Virus record (IMG/VR): IMGVR_UViG_3300045971_000356 | Span: 102,303 to 166,302 of that record | Strand: one strand, 5' to 3' | DNA: 64,000 nucleotides | From: a virus | Shown here: positions 26,929 to 34,539 of the stretch, one piece after another | Layout of the letters: the number at the start of each line of letters is the position of its first letter | Position numbering within the stretch: position 1 is the first letter of the stretch | The notes under the pieces: model-generated | Seen by the model: only the letters and a program-made list of their open reading frames with translations | What the model was told of the DNA's origin: nothing | Database searches by the model: none | Made by a program: the position numbers and the translations under genes

Positions 26929-27300
26929 ATGAGTAAGTATACAGTCGCTGGTGTTTCCAAACTGAACGGCGAGTTCAAGGTGCGTTTTGCACATGATCTC
27001 ATGTATGTCAAGGGCTTGTCCAAGGCAGGCAATACTGACATTGAGTTGGTTGAGGCTCCGTCCGCAATGGACAAGCCAGAGTTGACCGAGTGGTTGAAGA
27101 CCACGGACCTGTACAACCGTGCAGAGTTCAAGGAAGCGATTGACGATCGCAGTGCTATGTACGTCAAGTTGGCCAAGGCTAAAGCGCCGAAGGCTGTCAA
27201 AGTGGCCAAGCCTGTGAAGGCTAAGAAGGTCGCTGCACCAGCAAAGAGCAAGGCAGAAAAGCTTGCTGAACTTGCTGCTCGTGTGCCCGTCACTGAGTAA
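26929..27300 (+). CDS. Protein with Lys/Ala-rich histone-like tail
   Basis: AKAKAPKAVKVAK...; strong RBS; promoter and terminator flank it. Confidence 0.75.
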   Translation: MSKYTVAGVSKLNGEFKVRFAHDLMYVKGLSKAGNTDIELVEAPSAMDKPELTEWLKTTDLYNRAEFKEAIDDRSAMYVKLAKAKAPKAVKVAKPVKAKKVAAPAKSKAEKLAELAARVPVTE

Positions 27301-27317
27301 CGCAACGTTACCACAGC

Positions 27318-27343
27318 AAACCCCGCGCAATGCGGGGTTTCTT
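27318..27343 (+). terminator. Intrinsic terminator
   Basis: AAACCCCGC-GCAAT-GCGGGGTTT. Confidence 0.75.
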
Positions 27344-27416
27344 CTTGACATCTTGCTAAACGATGTTATAATGAAGGTGAGGGAAGAAGTTAGTTAAACA
27401 GTAAAGGAGTTACAAA

Positions 27417-27620
27417 ATGCCTGAAGTCAGACCACAAGCGTTATTTAAAGTTGAGATTATCGAGTCCGAGCGTGGCTGGGGTTCAAAGATTGACGAGACT
27501 AAGTTTTTCGACAACCAGTCCGAAGCAGAAGCGTTTTGCAAGCAATATAACGCACAAAACACTGAAACGGTTGTTCCAGATTGGTACATGTACGCAAGAT
27601 ATGTGGGTCGTGTTGCGTAA
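27417..27620 (+). CDS. Hypothetical early protein
   Basis: Own promoter and AAGGAG RBS; ESERGWG motif. Confidence 0.7.
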   Translation: MPEVRPQALFKVEIIESERGWGSKIDETKFFDNQSEAEAFCKQYNAQNTETVVPDWYMYARYVGRVA

Positions 27621-27667
27621 AAACAACAAAAATAATGCTTGACTGCCAAGCATTTTGGCTGTATAAT
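27611..27667 (+). promoter_or_regulatory. TGTTG-N8-CAACA palindrome plus sigma70 promoter
   Basis: TTGACT-N17-TATAAT; nearly identical promoter and leader at 27931-27980. Confidence 0.75.
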
Positions 27668-27699
27668 AGTCACATACAGCAACAAATGTGGAGTTAAAA

Positions 27700-27924
27700 A
27701 TGGAAGAACTTAAAGCCTTGTTTCCGAAAACACGTCGTATTGCCGCCCCAACCGGTGATATCCCAATGTACTTTTTCGTCGAAAACGAAGCCAAAATCCG
27801 TGCAGCCGCAAAAGAATACTTCCCCAATGGCTACCGCGTGATTTTCCGCGGTCCGCGCCCATACAAGGACGCAACGATGACCCGCCGCGCAGACGCCACT
27901 AGTGTTTTGCTGTATTCGCGTTAA
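27700..27924 (+). CDS. Hypothetical early protein
   Basis: GGAG RBS; FRGPR motif. Confidence 0.65.
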   Translation: MEELKALFPKTRRIAAPTGDIPMYFFVENEAKIRAAAKEYFPNGYRVIFRGPRPYKDATMTRRADATSVLLYSR

Positions 27925-27991
27925 AAACAGTTGACAGTCAAGCATTTTGGTGCTATAATAGTCACATACAGCAACAGATAGGACCACGCAA

Positions 27992-28408
27992 ATGGCTACA
28001 ATTACGAAAACCCAACTGGCGCAAGTTCGCGCTGATCTCAATGCTGCACTTGCTATGGTAGCAACGAAACACGGCATTGACTTTGCTATTGGCACAATCC
28101 GTTTTAACGCTGAAACAATGCGTACCACATTGAGTGGTGTTGTTCGCGGTGCTGCTGGCACATCTACTGCCAAGCCCACTGATCCAAAGTTGGTAGCGTT
28201 TTTGACACGCGGTGCACGTTTGTTGGGACACCCAAGCATCAACGAAAACGACAAGTTCCACTCACTGGGCCTGGGCACTGTCAAGTTCGTGGGTTATAAC
28301 ACCCGCGCCAAAGCATACCCGTTTATCGTCCAAACAACTGGCGGCAAGCGTTACAAAATCAACGAAGCCCGTGCTAAGGCACTCGCAGACTCAGGAATTG
28401 TTGTATGA
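27992..28408 (+). CDS. Hypothetical early protein
   Basis: Own promoter at 27931; GYNTRAKAYPF..GKRYK. Confidence 0.75.
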   Translation: MATITKTQLAQVRADLNAALAMVATKHGIDFAIGTIRFNAETMRTTLSGVVRGAAGTSTAKPTDPKLVAFLTRGARLLGHPSINENDKFHSLGLGTVKFVGYNTRAKAYPFIVQTTGGKRYKINEARAKALADSGIVV

Positions 28409-28632
28409 AAAGCATTAAACTGTACCTTGTTGCCGGCACTGAAGTGACATTTTACCTCAGTGAAGCGCAAAGCATTGTGGTGATTGATGTGGCAGAGCCC
28501 AGGAATAGCTGCAAGCTCATTGACGGCATCCATAACAACGGTGGCTGGCACATTGCTGAATCCGCTGGCTCGTTGAACAAAAAGCTCAACGCACTGTTTA
28601 ACCCAAAGCCCTTTAACTCGGGACCAAAATAA
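28405..28632 (+). CDS. Hypothetical protein
   Basis: Overlap coupling at both ends. Confidence 0.65.
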   Translation: MKSIKLYLVAGTEVTFYLSEAQSIVVIDVAEPRNSCKLIDGIHNNGGWHIAESAGSLNKKLNALFNPKPFNSGPK

Positions 28633-28963
28633 TGGCTGAAGCATTCCGCGAAACAACACAGTGGAAAGGCTCCACTGTCAAAAATGGCATTTACTTACTC
28701 GAGGGCGACAAGTGCCTCGCGTTCCGCAACTTTAAATCTGAGACCACTTACTTCACAAAGCCAATAACGATCGACAAGCGTGGTCGCACGTTTGAGAAGT
28801 TGGGCAAGATTCCGTTTGTTGTTGAAGCAGAAGTAAAAACTGATCTGCGCGAAGTAGCAGGCAGCAAAGGCGCCATTTACTACGTAAATGATGAAGAAAA
28901 ACCTGTACGTGCGCTGGATTTCAGTTTAGGGGAAAGTGTCGCCACCTCGAAGAACTGAAATAA
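28632..28963 (+). CDS. SWIM zinc-finger protein with a 1-nt frameshift in the A5 run at 28897-28901
   Basis: GSKGAIYYV then TCTCAGFQFRGKCRH in the -1 frame. Confidence 0.7.
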
Positions 28964-29822
28964 CCTTCCACCCTTTATGCTGTTTCCTATCGCCAAGTGC
29001 GACGTCCGACATTGTCCCATTGTTTAAGTTATTTTCTCGACAAAACTCCCTCATGTTTGATACAACTATCGATTCTTGAGTTGGAGAGAGTAAGAGCCAC
29101 TCTATTGCGCGGTTTGCTACATTCCTCTGCTTTGGTGATTTAGGCTTAATAAGGTAGCAGTTATCAAAATGATACCGTTTCATATTACCAGGATTAGTTC
29201 CTTGAAACAAACAATGGGGGCAAGTTATTAAAGGTCTGCTTGCGTTTTGGTCACGAGTGCGATTAGATTGGGCTTTTCTTTTTTCTTCGGTCCAAGTTGC
29301 CTTCATATTTGCCCTTGCGCTATCTGTCATCTTGGTTCCACGAAGGCGGTCACCGACCGCTTTGCCAAACCCCTCGGGCTTTTTCTTGCCTTTAAGTTTT
29401 TCTGAAGCCTTTAACGCCGCGGCTGCTTTAGTTTCTGGTGTTCTATAATCTGGATGACCTATTTGTGACTTTGACAGATTCTTGCGGTGTTGCTCTGTCC
29501 GCTCTTGTCCAACTGGGAATCCGTGAAGACCATCTTCATCGATTGCATTAGCCCATATCTTTTTGCCATCTTTGTTTCTGGCTTTCACAATATCGTGATA
29601 TTTTGAAAAAGAAAGTGCTTCTTCAACTAAAGTTTCTTTATTGGTGTATAAACGGCACCAAATCGTAGTCACATCTTTGCCGTGTTTTTCAAGATGTTTT
29701 AACCAGTAATCACCTGATCCTAAATATTTGATAGGATCTATTTTAGTTGTTTTGCAGAAATATTTGAGGCCTGTTTTATTATGCTGCTTAACACAAAGCC
29801 AAGTTGGTTTAAATGGTTCCAT
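28926..29822 (-). CDS. GIY-YIG/Seg-like homing endonuclease with NUMOD3-like repeats
   Basis: TWLCVKQH..TGLKYF.KT..YLGSG; CPHC; ATAAATA 5 nt upstream of the ATG. Confidence 0.8.
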   Translation of the reverse strand: MEPFKPTWLCVKQHNKTGLKYFCKTTKIDPIKYLGSGDYWLKHLEKHGKDVTTIWCRLYTNKETLVEEALSFSKYHDIVKARNKDGKKIWANAIDEDGLHGFPVGQERTEQHRKNLSKSQIGHPDYRTPETKAAAALKASEKLKGKKKPEGFGKAVGDRLRGTKMTDSARANMKATWTEEKRKAQSNRTRDQNASRPLITCPHCLFQGTNPGNMKRYHFDNCYLIKPKSPKQRNVANRAIEWLLLSPTQESIVVSNMREFCRENNLNNGTMSDVALGDRKQHKGWKVISVLRGGDTFP

Positions 29823-29833
29823 ACTATTATTTA

Positions 29834-29884
29834 TTTAAGTATCGCGGAAACTGCAAACATTTATATCAAAAACACTTGACTTAA
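29834..29884 (+). pseudogene. Relic original C-terminus of the SWIM protein
   Basis: FKYRGNCKHL versus FQFRGKCRHL before the HEG. Confidence 0.7.
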
Positions 29885-29927
29885 CAGCAAGAATCGCGTA
29901 TAATACAGCATACGCAAAAGGACACAT

Positions 29928-31337
29928 ATGAACGCACCCCAGACTATTTTGGCAGAGATTACTGCTAACGATTCAAAACTTGCCAAACAAGCTATCCTCG
30001 AACGCGAGGCAAAGGCTGGCAATGACAACTTTTTCAAAGGGCTGTTGCTTGCTTGCAACCAGGTGATCACATTCGGGGTCAAAGCGGTTGAAGAAAAGCC
30101 AGTCAAACGTGCTAACGAGCCAGCGCCAAAAGGCTTATCACATGATGTGTTTTTCAAGCTGACTGACAAATTGGCAAAGCGTGAGCTGACTGGTGATGCT
30201 GCGCAGGTAGCTATTGCGCATGCCCGCAACATGGCAACGGCAGAAGAATGGAACGGCTGGTTCCGTTTGGTTCTAATCAAGGACTTGAAGGCAGGCTTTA
30301 GCGAAAGCACTATTAACAAAGTTTGCGAAACAAAATACCCACAATATTCAGTCCCGTTGTTTGAATGCCAGTTGGCTCACGACGGTGCTAACTACGAAGA
30401 AAAGTTAGTTGGCAAGAAACTTGTTGACACAAAACTTGACGGTATGCGTGTCATTACCGTTGTTTACCCTGACGGTAAGGTGGACCAGTTTAGCCGCAAC
30501 GGCAAGGAACTTGTCAACTTCATTAAGGTGAAGGAACAGTTGAGTAAGGTTGCTAAATTTTTCGCAGAGCCTACTGTGCTGGACGGCGAGATTATGTCAG
30601 CCTCATTCCAAGACTTGATGAAGCAAGCACGTCGCAAAACTGATGTGCAAGCAGACGACGCAGTGTTGAATTTATTTGACATCGTTACGTTGAAAGACTT
30701 CCAAGCAGGCATTAGCAACAATCGTCAAATTGACCGTAGCTACACGCTTGGCATTTGGTTTGAGAACGTAAAAGACAAAGTGCCTAACGTTAACGTGCTG
30801 GGTCAAGAACTTGTTGATCTTGACACCCCTGAAGGGCAAGCCCGTTTGGATGAGATCAACGCCATTGCGTTGGCTGGTAAGTATGAAGGCATCATGCTTA
30901 AAGATCCAGAAGCACCATACGAGTGCAAACGCAGTGTGGCATGGTTGAAGATCAAACCTTACATTGAAGTGACGCTCAAAGTTGTCGACGTTGAAGAAGG
31001 TAGTGCAGACAGCAAATTTGTTGGCACCATGGGCGCAGTGGTGTTTGAAGGCGAAGATGACGGCAAGTTTATTAACGTACATTGCGGCGGTGGCTTCAGC
31101 GTTAAACAACGTGCGCAAATTTGGGCAACCCATACTGGCAAGCCAGTTGAGTGGAAGAAAAAGGAAGGCGGCAAGTGGGTAACTATTGTTGAGCAACCTA
31201 ACAAAGGCGGCATGATTGGCATGCTTGGTGAAGTACGTGCTGACGCTATTACAAAGAGCGATAGCAAGGATCACTACAGCTTGCGTTTTCCGCGGTTCAA
31301 GATTTGGCGTGGTTTTGCGCCTGGTGAAAAACTTTAA
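29928..31337 (+). CDS. lig: ATP-dependent DNA ligase
   Basis: KLDGMR, LDGEI, EGIMLK, WLKIKP, SLRFPRF. Confidence 0.95.
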   Translation: MNAPQTILAEITANDSKLAKQAILEREAKAGNDNFFKGLLLACNQVITFGVKAVEEKPVKRANEPAPKGLSHDVFFKLTDKLAKRELTGDAAQVAIAHARNMATAEEWNGWFRLVLIKDLKAGFSESTINKVCETKYPQYSVPLFECQLAHDGANYEEKLVGKKLVDTKLDGMRVITVVYPDGKVDQFSRNGKELVNFIKVKEQLSKVAKFFAEPTVLDGEIMSASFQDLMKQARRKTDVQADDAVLNLFDIVTLKDFQAGISNNRQIDRSYTLGIWFENVKDKVPNVNVLGQELVDLDTPEGQARLDEINAIALAGKYEGIMLKDPEAPYECKRSVAWLKIKPYIEVTLKVVDVEEGSADSKFVGTMGAVVFEGEDDGKFINVHCGGGFSVKQRAQIWATHTGKPVEWKKKEGGKWVTIVEQPNKGGMIGMLGEVRADAITKSDSKDHYSLRFPRFKIWRGFAPGEKL

Positions 31338-31346
31338 GGAGATAAC

Positions 31347-31697
31347 ATGAAACATTCAATTAAACTTACTTTTCTCGCACTCGCAGTGGCATCGCTATCT
31401 GCTTGCATGCCTAACTACTCCAACGGCTCACGGGCTGGGGTAGTCAACAAGCTATCTGAAAAAGGGCTGGTATTTAAATCATATGAAGGTGAAATGCTAT
31501 TGGGCGGCATTAGGACTACTGAAAATGGCACTGCCGCAAACTTGTTTGCGTTTAACGTTGACTCCAGTCAAGTCGCTGCCGTTACAGCGGCAATGAAATC
31601 TGGCAAACGGGTTGAGCTCGTTTACCGGCAATGGGCAGTAAGTCCTTTTACCATTGGCTCAGACTACGTCATTATCGACGTTAAGCCAGCGGAGTAA
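31347..31697 (+). CDS. Lipoprotein
   Basis: LSAC lipobox; YSNGSRAG..KG..FKSYEG. Confidence 0.75.
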   Translation: MKHSIKLTFLALAVASLSACMPNYSNGSRAGVVNKLSEKGLVFKSYEGEMLLGGIRTTENGTAANLFAFNVDSSQVAAVTAAMKSGKRVELVYRQWAVSPFTIGSDYVIIDVKPAE

Positions 31698-31712
31698 AGC
31701 TAAGTAACTAAC

Positions 31713-31946
31713 ATGGAAGAGAAAAACACATACACCCGCACGGTAGTCGTTACTAACGAAGCTCGCTGCCTAAAGTGCCTGGACGTTATTCAGTCTGTCC
31801 ACAGGCACGATTTCAACACTTGCTCATGTGGCAACTTATCTGTTGACGGCGGCAATGCCTACTTACGGCGTAGCGTTCGTGACGGGCACGACAGTTGGGT
31901 AGATTTAAGTGAAACATACGACGAAGAAGTCGAGAAAAACTGGTAA
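31713..31946 (+). CDS. Small Zn-binding phage protein
   Basis: CxxC..S.HRHDF..CSCG..VDGG. Confidence 0.75.
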   Translation: MEEKNTYTRTVVVTNEARCLKCLDVIQSVHRHDFNTCSCGNLSVDGGNAYLRRSVRDGHDSWVDLSETYDEEVEKNW

Positions 31947-31952
31947 CACATT

Positions 31953-32126
31953 ATGACAAACAAAACACAAACATGGGAAGTTACGGTCGAAGAAGACCCA
32001 GCAGATTCTGAAAATGTAATCCTTCCGTTCCCGGAAGATATGCTCGCTCAGTTAGGCTGGGTTGATGGTGACACACTAAACTGGGCCGTACAAGAAGACG
32101 GCACAGTTATTCTCACTAAAGTTTAA
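31953..32126 (+). CDS. AbrB/MazE-like DNA-binding protein (57 aa, not in the ORF track)
   Basis: ILPFPEDMLAQLGWVDGDTL. Confidence 0.7.
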   Translation: MTNKTQTWEVTVEEDPADSENVILPFPEDMLAQLGWVDGDTLNWAVQEDGTVILTKV

Positions 32127-32494
32127 AGTGGTGGCAGGTTAGCGATAATACGGGCTGCCCTGCCCGCTTTGATAAGGCCAATTGACTCTAAAAATTTGAC
32201 GCCAGAAATTGTGTCAACTAAGTGCAAATCTACCTCGCCGCTAACTTCCAAATCTTTTTGCAACGTAGTTACTGTTGCTTTTATCGACCCAGAAAATGCT
32301 GAGTTGTATTGAATATTATCGATTGCAGTTCTCTCTGCTAATGTAAATAATTTTCTAAATTGATACTTAGTTAGCATTAACGGTTCTGCTGAAATAGGTG
32401 CAGCCACAACTACGCTTGGGTGTAATTGTTCTTGAGTTAACGGATTTGGACTACCAATAACGATTGGTTTCTTTTGAATAATTTGTGTTGCCAT
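32123..32494 (-). CDS. Tail-fibre-associated protein, paralog of 40804 and 41505
   Basis: LTKYQFRKLFT..E...GLI.AGRA motif. Confidence 0.7.
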   Translation of the reverse strand: MATQIIQKKPIVIGSPNPLTQEQLHPSVVVAAPISAEPLMLTKYQFRKLFTLAERTAIDNIQYNSAFSGSIKATVTTLQKDLEVSGEVDLHLVDTISGVKFLESIGLIKAGRAARIIANLPPL

Positions 32495-32546
32495 TTTGAG
32501 AATATCTCCAGTATCAAGTATTTATCTATTCAATCAAAACACACAG

Positions 32547-32572
32547 AAAAGAAAAGGGCATTTAGCCCTTTT
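32547..32572 (-). terminator. Intrinsic terminator
   Basis: GAAAAGGGC-TAAAT-GCCCTTTTC-TTTT on the minus strand. Confidence 0.75.
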
Positions 32573-32766
32573 CCAATAATCGTTTACCCATTCCTGGATC
32601 TACGAATTTTGCTACAGCAAGAGTTCTAAATAATGCTAACCTGTCAGTAATGTGATCTGGTAAGTCCCCATTATTTAACTTACTAACTCTGAGCCTGACT
32701 CGACTTTGGATGGTGATGATTTGAGAGTCATCACCATCAGTGTTGTCACTGTCGTCAGGGTCTGTA

Positions 32767-33027
32767 TTACTTAGAAGCTGCGACTGCTGGTACTGCGGCT
32801 GGTTTGACTGCTTCAGCAGCCTTGCTTTTTGCAGGCTTCACAGTCTTTGCTTTCTTAGCCTTAGCTGCGACTTTGGTCTCATTCACCTTAGCTTGAACTG
32901 CTGGCTCAGCTTTCTTAGCTGCGATTGGCTTAGCCACAACTGGTGCAGATGCTGGAGCAACTGGAGCAGTTTGAGCGAAAGCAGAGATAGACAAGGCGGA
33001 TACGAGAGCGATAAGCAATTTTGACAT
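32767..33027 (-). CDS. Secreted Lys/Ala/Pro-rich small protein
   Basis: Signal peptide ending SAFA-Q; AAGGA RBS. Confidence 0.75.
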   Translation of the reverse strand: MSKLLIALVSALSISAFAQTAPVAPASAPVVAKPIAAKKAEPAVQAKVNETKVAAKAKKAKTVKPAKSKAAEAVKPAAVPAVAASK

Positions 33028-33214
33028 AATAAATTTCCTTTTTGGTTAATGTAGCAGAACTTTTCTGCTAGTCTATATATAACGCGGTAGAGTGGCGATC
33101 CGTTGACACCTATTTTGGTTAAATTGCTCAAAATATCTGTTGCTATTGCTCCACGAGTTTGCTATTATAGCGGTATGTTGCGAAAGCAGCTATTTACTTA
33201 AAGGAAAATGAAAA

Positions 33215-33460
33215 ATGGCAGAAACTACACAAAAACTCACACAAGCACAATTGCTGGAAACCACTCTCCGTGGCAAGGGCATTGAACTTACCGCAGCACA
33301 AGCTCGTGCTAAGTATGGTATCAAGAACCTCCGTGCTCGTATGACGGATTTGCGTCAAGCTGGGTTGAACATCAAGACCCGCGTTAACTATCGTGGTGCT
33401 AACGCCTATTCTATCACTGCTCGTGATGTGAATGGTAGCCGCAAGTTAGTTACACTATAA
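33215..33460 (+). CDS. Winged-HTH DNA-binding protein
   Basis: LT..QA..YGI.NLRARM.DLR..G. Confidence 0.75.
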   Translation: MAETTQKLTQAQLLETTLRGKGIELTAAQARAKYGIKNLRARMTDLRQAGLNIKTRVNYRGANAYSITARDVNGSRKLVTL

Positions 33461-33547
33461 AAGTAACACGTCGCGAAAGCGCAACAATGGGGCATTCGTG
33501 CCCCATTTCTATTGTTAAATATCAAATAGTAGTATATAATAGCTAAC

Positions 33548-34402
33548 ATGACCACAGAAATCTTCGCAATCAGTGACTTACATTTAGACATGTCACGAAA
33601 AATACCAACGTTACCTGGCGGTGACATTTTGGTTCTTCCGGGCGACATTACTGAGGCTCGTAACATTAAGAAGTTCACGGAGCAAGAACATGCTGCGATG
33701 CGTGGGATTGAGTACTCGAAACTGACTGTTAAAGAGCGTGTTGCTAAGTTTTTACGCGAAGAATGTTCTGAAAAATACAACCATATCGTGTATGTGGCTG
33801 GTAATCACGAGCATTACCGCAACACGTATCAAAAGACAATCAAGCACATAAAGGAAAACGTCCCATATAACTTTCATGTGTTAGAGAAAGACGCATTCAT
33901 CGTTAAAGACGTTATGTTTTTGGGCGGAACATTGTGGACTGATATGAATCGTGGCGACCCTATTACACGGCAAGTCGTGAAATACGGGATGAACGATTTC
34001 AAATACATCCGTCGTGAGAGAAACGGGGATTACATCAAGTTTTCGCCTGCTGACGCTGAAGCCGAGCACCATTCCACACTTGCGTATTTTAAGACAATGC
34101 TCACCTTGCCTACAATGTGGGACAAGAAAGTCGTTATTATTACGCATCATGCGCCAACCGGGCAAAGCACTGCACCACAGTATAAGTCGGACTTTGCGAT
34201 GAATGGTGCTTACCATAGCAGACTTGATGATTTTATATTGGATCATCCGCAGATTCAGCTTTGGTTTCACGGCCATACTCATCACAAGTTTGATTATATG
34301 GCGGGCGACTTTACTCGCGTTATTTGTAACCCGTATGGGTATCGCATGAGCGGGTTTGATGAGGATACTGGGTGGGACCCAGAGTTAAAATTCACTGTTT
34401 AA
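33548..34402 (+). CDS. Calcineurin-like metallophosphoesterase
   Basis: SDLH, GD, GNHE, THH, HGHTH. Confidence 0.9.
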   Translation: MTTEIFAISDLHLDMSRKIPTLPGGDILVLPGDITEARNIKKFTEQEHAAMRGIEYSKLTVKERVAKFLREECSEKYNHIVYVAGNHEHYRNTYQKTIKHIKENVPYNFHVLEKDAFIVKDVMFLGGTLWTDMNRGDPITRQVVKYGMNDFKYIRRERNGDYIKFSPADAEAEHHSTLAYFKTMLTLPTMWDKKVVIITHHAPTGQSTAPQYKSDFAMNGAYHSRLDDFILDHPQIQLWFHGHTHHKFDYMAGDFTRVICNPYGYRMSGFDEDTGWDPELKFTV

Positions 34403-34539
34403 TTACTATTCTCCACTAAGATAACACGGGCTGTTTACTCAGCCCGTGCCTTTGAGTGCGGACAGATAAATAATGTTATATCAATGCGGAAGTAACAGTT
34501 ACTTCACTTGACACTTATTTTAACATAACGGAGCATAAC

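Noticed and set aside
8512-33125. TTGGTYAAAT element upstream of promoters at 8535, 26844 and 33140
   Set aside because: Only three copies with variable spacing (about 12-16 nt) in AT-rich DNA; too weak without statistics
33461-33512. tRNA or ncRNA
   Set aside because: Only a short hairpin plus a terminator-like stem; no cloverleaf or T-loop. No tRNA was noticed elsewhere, but no scan was run
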